Below, one piece after another: positions 1-13,836 of a DNA stretch of 64,000 nt. Numbering within the stretch: position 1 is the stretch's first letter; every line of letters starts with the position of its first letter. Origin of the DNA: Octopus sinensis (lineage: Eukaryota); assembly GCF_006345805.1 (NCBI RefSeq), contig NC_043003.1:67952001-68016000 (forward strand), written 5' to 3'. The position numbers were made by a program, and so were the translations under genes. The notes beneath the pieces were generated by a model that saw nothing but the letters and a program-made list of their open reading frames with translations, was not told the DNA's origin and did not search any database.

Positions 1-137
1 CACGAGTCCTTTGGGCCCAGGATTCCATCAAATGGTTCCTTAGCGTTTGTTCTTAATCCAGAGAGTAACTGCATGATGTTATTCCAGAAGCGTTGGTAGT
101 GTCCCTGAATGCCCACAGACCACGAGTTGAAAAAGAG

Positions 138-200
<63 letters not shown>

Positions 201-227
201 CATACATACATATATATATATATATAA

Positions 228-328
<101 letters not shown>

Positions 329-444
329 ATATACATACATAGCAAAAGCACTGAAAAAAACATAAAAACATCTGAGCTATCACCCACCACTATCATCCCA
401 CTGCACATGCCATTAAAAAGCAAACAAATAAACAAAAGCAATTA

Positions 445-740
445 AAACCATCCACTCTCGCCTCCACGTTTTTGCTTAACGCCCAAGGCATTACCCCTTC
501 CACCAATGCTCAAAAATGGTAGATAAAATTCCTGGAGGATTGGGTTGATGCCCATCCAAATCACATCCCTTTCTTCGTCCTGACTGAAACCCATCTTAGT
601 AACCTCCAGTTGGACGTCGAGGTGAAAGTTTAAAATTTCAAAGCCATTCGTGTTGATCGTGCAGGCAGAAGAAAGGGTGGGACTGCCATTTATGTTCATG
701 ATTCTTTCGCAACAGAGGCTATGAACATATTTTCTAATGG
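445..740 (+). pseudogene. APE-type endonuclease fragment of a CR1/Jockey-like LINE ORF2
   Basis: Plus-frame translation TFLLNAQGI...FFVLTETHLSNLQLDVEVKV*NFKAIRVDRAGRRKGGTAIYVHDS matches the LINE endonuclease motifs (LN.RS, L.ETWL, R.DR..R.GGGVAIYV); two in-frame stops. Confidence 0.75.
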
Positions 741-754
741 ATACATTATTTGTA

Positions 755-865
755 AGCCTATTACTTATTCTATCGGTCTTTTTTCCGGCTGCTAAGTTAC
801 GAGGCCATAAACATACTAACATCGGTTGCCAAGCGATGGTGGGGGGACAAATAACCATACACACA
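755..865 (+). mobile_element. SINE 3' fragment (family E: 'tacttattctatcggtctc...gggggacaaac')
   Basis: Similar to copies at 22905-23130, 29735-29945 and 24690-24880(-). Confidence 0.65.
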
Positions 866-892
866 CAAATATATACATATATATTACGTGGA

Positions 893-2220
893 TATCTCCT
901 CTCCGCAATCCACCCTTGTCAAACCACTTCCGTGGACCGTGCATCTGCGTTTCTCCTTACCTAACACCACGCTACCCTACCTCTCTAACGCATCATTCTC
1001 CAAGCTTTCCAGCGACTCCAGTCCGACCTCTCCCCTCCTTAAAACGAGCCCACAACTTACGAGACCTCTTGCTCCACAGTTTCTTCCCTAACACAACCTC
1101 CCACCCCTGCTCTTTCCCCTGCTCTCGCCTACGCTGTCGCACTTGCCCTTACTTCTCCCTCACAGGCTCTCACAATCAACACCTTCCTCACAGGCACACT
1201 TAATCGACCCTGTCATGTCACTTACTCCTTCACCTGCACTTCTAGCAACGTCATCTACTGCAACTCCTGCTCTTTATATCCGCTGTGCATCGGTCAAATG
1301 GACCTCACTTGGCTGACCGGTTTTCAGAACATCTCCGAGACATCAAACTCAGCAACCACACCCCAGTCTCACGCCATTTCCACTCTACCGGTCATTCTCT
1401 ACAACACCTGTCTGTGTTCGGACTGTCCTCACACAGAGTCTGTCCGGTCTCCCGTCTGTGAACAAGAATTAATCTTCTCTCTTCGTTCCACTTTCGCTCA
1501 ACTATCCTTCCCACTTCATTTAACCCCTCTCTTCTCTCCTTTCTTCCTCTCACACCTACTGCCTCCCTTCCCTCCTCTTCTCTCTTCACTCCTCTGTCTT
1601 CCACTCATTCCCTTCATTGTCAGTCCTCCATCGTTACCCCACCCCTACACATTCCAACCCCACCATCACTATGCATCCCATATACATTCGCCCCAGTCCA
1701 TCCCACACATTCCACTCCCACATACCCTATGAAACCCCAAGCACCCCACCATTGCTTTCACCACTCTCGCCTCCCCCATACCACACTAGTTACCACCATA
1801 TCACATCACACCAACTCGCACACACTTGCACTGACCACTTCCCAGCACACGCCATTAACCACACATCCACACATGCACTCACGCACACGTCAAGTTCAGC
1901 AGCCCCCATCCACACACACTGACACGCTCTCGCATACATACGCACACGCACTTTCGTTTTCGGATCACCGCCACTTTATTATCTCTCCTTCTTCCTAGCT
2001 GTTTTGTCTAACCTCTCTCTCCGGCAGTCACCTTGATAGATCGCTAGCCACTAAATCTTTTTTTTATTTTCTCTCTCTGTTTATTTCTATGTTCCTTCCT
2101 GTTAAAGAGCGCAGACTCGAAATGTAAAGAGAAACTTTCTTACTTCCCGAACGTTAAACTAATACGTCTGTTTGTTGTTTACACACCAGTCTCGTCTTTG
2201 TTTCTTCATAAATTTGCACT
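893..2220 (+). mobile_element. Penelope-like element (Neptune-like), 5'-truncated: end of RT, Cys linker, GIY-YIG endonuclease, terminal repeat
   Basis: Frameshifted translation LKRAHNLRDLLLHS...CSFPCSRLRCRTCPY...FTCTSSNVIYC...IGQ...LADRFSEHLRDIKLSNHTPVSRHFHSTGHSLQHLSVFGL...EQELIFSL; 1990-2220 resembles the terminal repeat copies at 9370-9570 and 14030-14210. Confidence 0.8.
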
Positions 2221-2224
2221 ATAT

Positions 2225-2256
<32 letters not shown>

Positions 2257-2504
2257 GATATAAGTTTAAATTATTTAAATAATTTTTTATTTTTAACTTT
2301 TATATTTTAAAATTAATTTTATGTATTGGCTTATGTTTTTCACTGTTTGATTTGCCTAATAGTGGTTTTATCTCTAATTTAATATAATATAATATAATAT
2401 AATATATTTATACTATAAAATTGGATTTAATCCTAAATCTAATTTTCCCTGTAAGTTTGGATTTATTCCTTAATATTATTATTATATATATATATATATA
2501 TATA

Positions 2505-2650
2505 TACGACGTGCTTCGTTCAATCTCCGTCTACCAAATCCATTCACAAAGTTTAGTCGGCCCTAGGCTATAGTAAAAGACACTTAGCCAAGGTGCCGCG
2601 CAATGGGACTGAACCCAGAACTATATGGTTGGTAAGCAATTTTTTTTACC
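2505..2650 (-). mobile_element. tRNA-derived SINE (family D: 'ggctgtgtggtaagtagcttgcttaccaacc')
   Basis: Reverse complement similar to 44668-44830. Confidence 0.7.
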
Positions 2651-3153
2651 ACTCGAATCCTGTTGTCTGGATATGTAATTCACCAGGCGGTTCCTTCATG
2701 CTTAGGTAGGTGCACAGGGAATTCGTATCTGAATTTTATATCGGAAAAGAGAATATAAATTTCAGTGAAATATATCAGTAGTTAGGTAGCCAACAATATT
2801 GCTATGAATATTACGATGAAAGGAAATTGAATTTTCTTTGTAGGAAGACATCTAAAGAATGAGATTTATATCTGCTTATTTTAAACGTATATGATTTCTG
2901 GCATTTACACTTTAATTAATTTTTTGATCTTTAGACGACATCAGTAGATTTTCATTACTGATTAACTATTTCTTTCATTGAAAGTTTCATAACAAATGTA
3001 AATGTCTACATAAGAATCGCTATAATTAATGAGGCTTGCCCTCTCATTTCCTGTATAAACACGACATGCAATCGTTGTTGACTTATTACGGCATCAGTTG
3101 ATATATATTTAGTTCAAATCTCAATATTAGTCCTCTTCGCGGAAATTGCTCAG

Positions 3154-3228
<75 letters not shown>

Positions 3229-3238
3229 ATATATATAT

Positions 3239-3272
<34 letters not shown>

Positions 3273-3334
3273 ATACAAATATATTATATAAATATATGCA
3301 TATATACATACATATATGCACATAACTACATATA

Positions 3335-3381
<47 letters not shown>

Positions 3382-3689
3382 GGATACATAGATACATTGA
3401 TAGATACATAGATACATATTTAGATAGATATATACTGGCATATATGGGTAAAGGACATCACAAAAACGTTGAGCACAAAGAGAAACGAAAACATAAAAAC
3501 GAACTTTCAAACAACGAAAAAAACAGAGAAACGAGACATACAACACAGAATATTCCCCTTCTTCAGTTATCCCTGTTTCATCTACTCACCGTTCCGAAGG
3601 TAAGGACAAGCCCGACTTCATTGAAATAATCCTTCCCGCAAAGCAAATAAAATAAAATACATTCCTCCCTGTGCTTGTCTAATCTTAAG

Positions 3690-4020
3690 CCCCTGTCAAA
3701 AGGCTTTAGTTCCACACACGCCAGCTTAATTTAATTCGTCCTTAGTCAAACACAACTGTTATGTCCTGCTATTTGAATTTGTAATTGTGTAACATTCTCC
3801 GTTTTTTTCCGCCCTTTTCGTATACATTCCGTACTTTCTTCTAAGGAATGTAATGCTCTTAGGTTAGTTTTTCCTTGGGGCTGGGCAGTCTCGAGTATAA
3901 CCAGCCGAAATTGCAACGATAATCTGGAACTTGACTGAGGATAGAAAACTCCGAATGACCCGTCCTTGTTTTCTTTGTATCATCTGTCTGGATGTTTTGC
4001 GTTCGTGTCCCATTTTTGTA
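3690..4020. repeat. Interspersed repeat, family shared with 39180-39520 (opposite strand)
   Basis: 'ttccacacacgccagcttaatttaa' and the following ~300 bp align by eye to the reverse complement of 39180-39520. Confidence 0.6.
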
Positions 4021-4028
4021 TTATGGAA

Positions 4029-4091
<63 letters not shown>

Positions 4092-4101
4092 TGTGCGTGT
4101 G

Positions 4102-4136
<35 letters not shown>

Positions 4137-4161
4137 GTATGTATATGCAGAAAATTACATA

Positions 4162-4196
<35 letters not shown>

Positions 4197-4492
4197 TCGA
4201 ATGAGAATGCCATGTGGAAGTGACTGGAAATATCTCGATATCTATGATTCACACTCAATGATAATGCCACGGCTTTTATCTACTGAAATATATGTGTGAT
4301 TGTATGGAATTTAATTATACGGCAATCCGTAAAAGCAAATACATATTCCCAACACCTACCCTCCCAGGAGAAACGTGACTTCAACAGTCGAGCACCAACA
4401 CGCATTAATCCGAGGCTTATGGTATCCAACTATTTTTAAATGTAGATCAGTTTCTTTACCTCTCTGTCCGCTCCTCTATGTCTCTTTCTCTG

Positions 4493-4525
<33 letters not shown>

Positions 4526-5254
4526 GCGTGTGTGTGTGTATGCTTGTGTGTATATGGGTGTGTCTGTCTGTCTGTATTGTGTGCGAGTGTTTGTATGTAT
4601 GTACCTTCATTCATGTATCTATATGTATGCATATGTGTATATATATAGATAGTTAGATAGTTATAAAGCTATGTACACCTTACACATATCACACCATTTA
4701 TGCTATCGTGCAATAATCAATATCATCGGTCAATAAATATTAAAATTTTCACACAGACAATCATCTCTAGCAAACACACTTTAGTTCTCGTCCATGAGAG
4801 GAAGCTATTCATTGTAAAGTAGTCACTGCTGTGATACTAAAGACGTAGGTTTCTAGAAGGAGCCGAACCAATGAAATCCACGAAATAAAATATATTGCAT
4901 TAAAAGTAACCGAAATTTCTATGAGTACTAATTCTTCAGCAAATTATTTCCGATATACATTCATATAGATGCTTTACCTGTTATTATAAAGTGATCGTTC
5001 ACATAATCACGATTCTCAATTTTGAATATCGATGATGTATGTGTAATTCGTCAAAAATCAATTTTGTTATTGAATATGACCATTCAAGAATGACAAGTTG
5101 CATGAGATTTAAATATAAACGTCAATATATTCATGTAAAGACGGGCAGGAATGTTGGAATATCTTTATGCCTATGTCATTTCTCTTTATCTCACTCTATT
5201 CTATATCCCGCTTATATATATATGTGTGTCTGTGTATAAATATAATTATGTATA

Positions 5255-5414
<160 letters not shown>

Positions 5415-6587
5415 CCTGATTTCTCAGATTTTTGTATGCTGGACTACTGGTTTTAAATTGATATTAAAATTAATATTAATTTATCTCCCTCATTATTAAA
5501 TATATATATATATATATATATATGCGTGTGTGTGTGTGTGTTCATGTGTATTTATACACACACACACACACACACACAGATGTGAGTGTGCGCGCACTGA
5601 CACAGAGTTATATACCTATACATACATTTTTGGAAAATGAGAGCCGTAAAGGAATGTTAAATTTATTGATCGTTAGGTAGATATAGAGATGCTATATACT
5701 TTATATCAACAGGTAATTATCTGAAAAGAATTTTCGACAAAAGTAATTGTCAGCAAAAAGTGCATGATGTACTGAGATTATAATTAATCACCCATCTTTT
5801 CAATAGAATCCCTAATTGAAATTGTTATTGATAGATAACTGTAATAAAAAGAAAATCTATTAGCGAGTTATGCATGGCAAACATTTTGATTGAAGATAGC
5901 AAGACACTTTTCGCTAAGCAGTGCTGGGCAGTGATTTTGATGTGCAAATAGTGGGATCCCCCAGGACATTTCTCAGAGTGTTGTAAATTTGCAACTTTGA
6001 GAAACGGTTCGTAACCAAGTTAACAAATAGGTATTCACGCAAACATAACCCACAAATATTCGGTAACATGCGAAGACAAAATCTTGAAAATAAGCAGGAA
6101 TATATACGCAGGAAATGCAAGTATATATGGGTATCTGTATAAATAGATTTACCGGTATGTACATGAACTTTTCGCTTATAAATTTGTCGGTGTATCTCTA
6201 CGGAGGATTGCAAAGTAATCTTAATTACAGAGCATGAAATCTTAAGATATAGGAGTATCCGAAATTTTGTGAATCTTCTTGTTCGACCTGCGGTTATAAA
6301 TAGGGGACAAATTCAAAGTGGATCATGTCTACATGATGCCTCATATGCTATCGACTAATTATTCATTCTCGATACTTTATTCTCACAGACATTCACAGAC
6401 ATTCACATACAATCACTGCATATATTGATATTCTCGACATTACATGCGACTCAATCTCTTCCCTGGTGACAATAACGCTTGTAGAAGTGCAACATGTATC
6501 AACACTGCAGTTAACACCGTTACAATGACCGCCTATTCTCTCCCTGTCTAAGGAATTGCTATATGAGTGCTCAACCTCTTATGCTGA

Positions 6588-6919
6588 GATCCCCTTTGGT
6601 CATGACTGACAATGGGATGCACCTAGAAATTTACCCTCCCAGGCACAAGTCCGGGCAAGGTTGATTATGGAAGACCAGCAGTCGCTCATGCATACCTGCC
6701 TCCCCTCTCCACTCCACCAGTGTTATCCAAGGGAAAACTAAGGCCGATACAGCTTGGCACCTGTGACGCCGCAATTCATTTCTACTGCTGAGTGAACTGG
6801 AGCAACGTGAAATAAAGTGTCTTGCTCAAGAACACAACACGCAATCCGGTCCGGGATTCGAACTCACAACCTCACGATCGTAAGCTCGACGCTCTAACCA
6901 CTGAGCCATGCGCCTTCAC
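6588..6919 (-). mobile_element. tRNA-derived SINE, full length (family B)
   Basis: Reverse complement of 38663-38998; tRNA-like head with A box (tggctcagtgg) and B box (gttcgaatccc). Confidence 0.9.
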
Positions 6920-7810
6920 TTCGACCTCTTATATATATGGTATTTAAATCGCACTTTCGAATTTTAAACAAAGGTGACATTGAATAGTGCAGCCCAAATG
7001 TGCATGTAATGCAAAGGTTGTTCATGTGTTGAGAATATTTCATTATAAAGCAGAAAGAAAGATTTCAAAAGAATACCGAGTGAACTTGTAAGAGTAAGGG
7101 TATGCGGTGAAGCTGCATTAAATTTCAACATTTAAAGTAATGCTTTCGCCATGACAGGAAACCATTCTTTCCATCTACAAGAACGTTTTATATAGTAGCT
7201 GACGAATAAATAAAAGTAAATGTATCCTTTAAGTCCAGCCCTATCGACTTCAGAAAAGCAGGGTATTTTTGAAAAGGCAATCTTAAATATAAAAGTAAGG
7301 AGAGTTACAATGAAAAATCTCTTCCATATAATGTTTAACTCTATTGAAGCAAATAAAGAATAGCAGCATCAACAATGTTTTCAATATGAATTTGAAGATA
7401 TATAATTATATAGAAATAATAACAATTTTGACACAATACATTGAGAATTAAAGAAAATAGAGAATAAGAAATGGATTCCAGTCTGAAATAGAATATAACA
7501 TTTGGTCGAATTATCCGTGTTACGAAAATGCAAATGCTTTTAGTGAAAGCGTATAATAGACGTGATCTACATGCAGATAATTGTCATAGATAGATTATCG
7601 ATATCAGAGTGATGAATAGTTGAGGAAATACATCTGCGTTTCTCACGTGTCATCAAGTTATCTATATCATTAAACTTCATTTACTTCATTTGTCCTTTTC
7701 ATTCCATAGTAATTACCTACATGCCGATATCTGTATACATGTGTGTATATGTGTATGTGTGAGTGTACGTTTACATGTATATCTGTATACATGTACATGT
7801 ATGTAGTATG

Positions 7811-7885
<75 letters not shown>

Positions 7886-8475
7886 GCGTGTGTATGTATG
7901 TATGTATGTATGTTTAAACATACATTCATAGATATATTGGCAGATACAGCATGTTACTATTATATAAGCTCTTCTCAGAATTTTAGTTAATGCACAACAA
8001 TTATAAAGATTATTCTGAGTGCATTTCTTATATCCATCCTGATCTTAGATTCTGCAGAATTTCTCAGCTGAAATCCTCAGCCAACGGTCATAATGATGGC
8101 ATTTTATTGGTTACAATGTGAGACACATTTGTTGATAGCATCCATTGAACGAGCAATGTCAGGTGAAAGACAATTCGGCAACATCCATTATAGCATTAGC
8201 TGCAAGTAGAATACATCAAAATCGGGCATTGTCAAGTCTGAAACATATTGGAAGGTAAGGTTTCTCTCATTACTTGATGTGAGATAACAAAATCAAGTCT
8301 TGCACTGCGCAAAGTTATTCACTCTCAATTTTATCAATATGTATAGAAAAGACAGTAATATCATTTAGGCGCAGTATTACGTCACTAATATAGAAACAAC
8401 TAAGACACCCAATTGCACAAATACTGTGCATATAATGCGCATATTAATGAAACAAATTGAAAAACAATCTCTCTC

Positions 8476-8511
<36 letters not shown>

Positions 8512-8519
8512 ATATATAA

Positions 8520-9335
8520 TATATATATATATATATATTATAATCCATAATAATAAAGGGTAAAATTAATTAATTAATTAATAATTAATAATTTTACCAA
8601 GTAGTTCGGTATGTTAAAAGAACTGTTATCGGTAAACTTATACATAAAATTTTATAATTATGAGTGTAATTATAATTAGGGTTCAGCAAAAATTTGGTTC
8701 ACCACATACCGAAATTTAAAAATAGCAGTTAAATACTAACTATTTCACTACTATAAAAAAATCTCCCAGATAGCAATATTCAACAACCCACGCTGGTAAA
8801 AAGAAAAAATAACAAATCCACCCGACTTTGACTGCGTACGCGTTTTAGAGTTAGAGAGATGTGAAAAATGTAAAATCATATTTCACTCTATAATTCTCCT
8901 CTTTAGCACAGTAATTCAAGATTTTAAATTTGAGAACACTGCAAAAATTAAACATAACTTATCTGACCAGACGACATCTGATATCATACATCTAACGTCT
9001 AGTACTTCCGAATTCAAACAGACGAATAAGATCACGTATTCCTCCTCACTCACCCACGTGCGCTAATGAGTAAAGTTTTACAGAAAAAACAGTAGTTTAC
9101 TATCAGTGAGAGAATTATTTTATCCATAATAGTAATGGGTAAAATTAATTAATTAATAATTATTAATTTTACCAAGTAGTTTGGTATGTTAAAAGAACTG
9201 TTATCGGTAAACTTATACATAAAATTTTATGATTATGAGTATAATTATAATTAGGGTTCAGCAAAATTTCCTTCGCAGCATACCGAAATTTAGAAATAAC
9301 AGTTAAAAACTATTTCACTGCTCAAAATTATTAAA
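8520..9335. repeat. ~600-bp unit followed by a diverged repeat of its first ~220 bp
   Basis: 8520-8750 and 9120-9335 share 'gggtaaaattaattaatta...ttttaccaagtagtt(c/t)ggtatgttaaaagaactgttatcggtaaac...aactatttcact'. Confidence 0.8.
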
Positions 9336-9369
9336 TTTTATGTATCTATACATACATATATATATATGA

Positions 9370-9570
9370 TAGATAGTTAGCCACTACACACATTTTTTTC
9401 TCTCCGTTTTTCTCATCATGTTTCTCTCCTTGTTTTTTCTGTGTCGCTATCTGTAGAAGAGCGTAGGCTCGAAATGTAAAATACTTTTTCTATTCCTGAG
9501 CGTTATACCAATACAGCTGTTTGTTTTGTACACCACCTATCTTCGTCTTTTGTTTTTTCGTAAACACTAT
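9370..9570 (+). mobile_element. PLE-type terminal repeat with variant hammerhead motif
   Basis: 'ctgtagaagagcgtaggctcgaaatgta' at 9451-9478; same family as 14030-14210 and 1990-2220. Confidence 0.6.
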
Positions 9571-9579
9571 CTCTCTCTC

Positions 9580-9646
<67 letters not shown>

Positions 9647-10199
9647 TATATATTTATGTATGTGTGTGAGTGTGTGTCTTTCTCTCTGTGTCTGTGTCAG
9701 TGTGTGCGTGTGCTTTATCCGTACATGTAGCCAAGTGTCATATGTATAATGATTTGTAGATATTTAAACGCCTTTTTATATAATAAGCCTTATTAGTCTT
9801 ATTCCAAATATGGCACTTGAGCGCATCCAGTAGAATGATATCTGTGGTACTTGGGCCATCTGAATGGCGATGTGCTCCGAGATGTAAATGTAAGCCAGCC
9901 TTAAAAACATACCAACGTTCAACAATTGAATGATGATACTATTTCTGTATTTAGCAACATGTTATTTTCTTGCTTTTCTCCTTCCATGTTTGAATACTTC
10001 TGTACTCTTCTTTAAAATATGTTACCCCAGATTTCTTTTTTCGCCATCTATCTCGATCGGAAGTAATAGATTCAAAATGTTTGTATGGCACATCCAACTC
10101 ACTAAACTTTATTTATTTTATTTTAAATTGTTATTTATTATTTTGTTTCACACAGTTTTCGTTTCCTTGATGATTGCTCATCATTAAAAAAGTCTGCTT

Positions 10200-10600
10200 A
10201 GGAATGCACTCAACCCCTATCCGTATTAAATGAGTATTCCGCCCAAGCTGACTGGAAACCAGTATAGTGTGGATTGATGAGATTTCTATTCTTTATAAAT
10301 CCTTGATATCTGATGTAAACGTTTCCAGTTTGACACAGAAACTTTTGGTGAAAGTGTTCTAAGTATGTCATGTATTTAAAACAATCCGCGTCTCCGCTGC
10401 AAAAACAAAGGAGGATTGTAAACATGCACAATAAACTAAAGATTTTGTCCTGAGCTTAATATGTCGCTGTAAGCACACATGACTCCTCAGAGAACCAAAA
10501 TACTTTACTCTATTTTTGAATACAAGATGCAATTTCTGTGTCCAATTTACCTTTTGTGTCAACTATACTGACAAAGTATTTAAAGCACAACACCTTTTAT
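10200..10600 (-). pseudogene. RTE-clade LINE RT C-terminal fragment (copy 1)
   Basis: FGSLRSHVCLQRHIKLRTKSLVYCACLQSSFVFAAET resembles the RTE motif AFG.L...VW..R.I...TK..VY.A.V...LLYG.ETW. Confidence 0.7.
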
Positions 10601-11746
10601 CATTCCCATATATTCGAAAAAAAGTCGGGTCCTCCCCTGGTGCGTATTTTGACATTATTGCAGTTTTCCTACATTATTAATCTAAAACTGTCACAAGTAG
10701 CGTCAAATATATCGATGAAGCTGTGACGTTGTATGTGTGCGTGTGTTGTGTGATTACACAAACACTTACTTACACACCCACGCATATAAATATACATATA
10801 TGTATACATGTATGTATATGTATATGCATATGTGTGTGTGCGCGCGTGTGTGTGTGTGTGTGTGTGTGTCTGTGTGTGTATATAATTACATATATGTAAT
10901 ATATATGTCTAACATTCTCTTTAAAATAATATTTCTAAAGTTACGTCCATAACCTCACGCAAATCGTTTATAGATATATGTGTGTGTATGTGTGTGTGTG
11001 TGTGTGGTGTGTGTGTGTGTGTGTGGTGTGTGTGTGTGTGTGCGTGCGTATAAAGGATGTGCGTGAGGCTATGGACATAACCATAAAAATTTTTTTAAAG
11101 AGAATGCTAGATATAAAAACGTAGAGAGATATAGAGAAGGGGGAAAGAAGACAGGGTGCGAGAGAAACAGAGAGACTGTCAGACAAATATATATATATAT
11201 TATGTATGTGTGTGAGTGTGTGTCTTTCTCTCTGTGTCTGTGTCAGTGTGTGCGTGTGCTTTATCCGTACATGTAGCCAAGTGTCATATGTATAATGATT
11301 TGTAGATATTTAAACGCCTTTTTATATAATAAGCCTTATTAGTCTTATTCCAAATATGGCACTTGAGCGCATCCAGTAGAATGATATCTGTGGTACTTGG
11401 GCCATCTGAATGGCGATGTGCTCCGAGATGTAAATGTAAGCCAGCCTTAAAAACATACCAACGTTCAACAATTGAATGATGATACTATTTCTGTATTTAG
11501 CAACATGTTATTTTCTTGCTTTTCTCCTTCCATGTTTGAATACTTCTGTTACTCTTCTTTAAAATATGTTACCCCAGATTTCTTTTTTCGCCATCTATCT
11601 CGATCGGAAGTAATAGATTCAAAATGTTTGTATGGCACATCCAACTCACTAAACTTTATTTATTTTATTTTAAATTGTTATTTATTATTTTGTTTCACAC
11701 AGTTTTCGTTTCCTTGATGATTGCTCATCATTACAAAAGTCTGCTT

Positions 11747-12147
11747 AGGAATGCACTCAACCCCTATCCGTATTAAATGAGTATTCCGCCCAAGCTGACT
11801 CGAAACCAGTATAGTGTGGATTGATGAGATTTCTATTCTTTATAAATCCTTGATATCTGATGTAAACGTTTCCAGTTTGACACAGAAACTTTTGGTGAAA
11901 GTGTTCTAAGTATGTCATGTATTTAAAACAATCCGCGTCTCCGCTGCAAAAACAAAGGAGGATTGTAAACATGCACAATAAACTAAAGATTTTGTCCTGA
12001 GCTTAATATGTCGCTGTAAGCACACATGACTCCTCAGAGAACCAAAATACTTTACTCTATTTTTGAATACAAGATGCAATTTCTGTGTCCAATTTACCTT
12101 TTGTGTCAACTATACTGACAAAGTATTTAAAGCACAACACCTTTTAT
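11747..12147 (-). pseudogene. RTE-clade LINE RT C-terminal fragment (copy 2)
   Basis: Duplicate of 10200-10600 inside the tandem duplication. Confidence 0.7.
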
Positions 12148-12559
12148 CATTCCCATATATTCGAAAAAAAGTCGGGTCCTCCCCTGGTGCGTATTTTGAC
12201 ATTATTGCAGTTTTCCTACATTTATTAATCTAAAACTGTCACAAGTAGCGTCAAATATATCGATGAAGCTGTGACGTTGTATGTGTGCGTGTGTTTGTGT
12301 GATTACACAAACACTTACTTACACACCCACGCATATAAATATACATATATGTATACATGTATGTATATGTATATGCATATGTGTGTGTGCGCGCGTGTGT
12401 GTGTGTGTGTGTGTGTGTCTGTGTGTGTATATAATTACATATATGTAATATATATGTCTAACATTCTCTTTAAAATAATATTTCTAAAGTTACGTCCATA
12501 ACCTCACGCAAATCGTTTATAGATATATGTGTGTGTATGTGTGTGTGTGTGTGTGTGTG

Positions 12560-12590
<31 letters not shown>

Positions 12591-13836
12591 CGTATAAAGG
12601 ATGTGCGTGAGGCTATGGACATAACCATAAAAATTTTTTTAAAGAGAATGCTAGATATAAAAACGTAGAGAGATATAGAGAAGGGGGAAAGAAGACAGGG
12701 TGCGAGAGAAACAGAGAGGCTGTCAGACAAATATATATATATATATATGCTTCCCTCTATATTTGGATGCCTGACTTCTCCGCATTTCATTTGAATCTTG
12801 CTTCCTAATCTCATACTTGTGGAGTTGTACAAGGTAGTTCAACCCTGAAAACATAGGACATAATCTAGAACTAAATGGTGATGCCTTTGTTACATTGCTG
12901 TATTCATCAACCCACGTTGTATGAAGTTATTTACCTAAATGTTCTTAAAACAGATTTTAAATATTTTGTTGTATTTCTCTGAAGAATAATTAATTTCCTT
13001 GCACATCATTTTCCAGACGCTAGGGAATATTTAACAGAATTAAATATTCTTTGGCATCTCTAATCTGGAAGATTAAAACAGTACCTTTGAGGATATTGCT
13101 CTGTTATATATGAAGAAAAGTGTTTTAAAGTCCATTCAGAATATATCTGTAGTAAATAAGAAATTATGCGACATTAATAAAACCAACTGTTGTAATTTGA
13201 AAAATCACAAGGTAAACATTAAATTATAGTCCTATGATAAATATGGGGACTATGTTTAGATAAGATGAGATCTATGATTTCTTATATAAAAACACTGAGC
13301 CAAAATTATTGGCTTTTTGGGGCTGTTTGATCTCCAAGATCCTCCTCCACCGTCATAGAAAAAGTAAGAAAATATTAGACAGAATTTCCATGTATAAACA
13401 GTGCCAAGAAAAATAATATGATTTTCAAAATGTGAAGTCCTTTTGCCGTATGTGTTTTTCATAAGCTAGTTGGAGTTACACAATGTTATGTAAACCATTA
13501 CCACAGTTTATTAAGCCCATCACTTACTGGGAATCGTTGAACCCCATTAACACTGAATGGAAGACAACAAGCAGGAAATCAAATTTGTATTTGTGTATTC
13601 TGCAATCTGAAAGCCATCTTGTCTGGTAAAAGCATGTGCTCGTTGTCAAAAGAATTTATTGAATACATAGAAGTGACCAATTCATTAGATCCTTTGCTAT
13701 GATATTTGCAAAGTTGATAATTATTTTTCAAGTAAATCACCTTATTTCCTATCTGATTGGTTATTAATAATAATTGCAAAAGAATTATATGCATCAAAAT
13801 ACCTTCTTTTCTAACTGTACATTGGTTAGTATAGAA

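Larger units (their letters stand above)
9654..12748. repeat. Tandem duplication of a ~1547-bp unit (9654-11199, 11200-12748)
   Basis: Near-identical copies with a few substitutions (gactggaaacc/gactcgaaacc; cattaaaaaag/cattacaaaag) and microsatellite length differences; ORF track duplicated at offset 1547. Confidence 0.95.
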
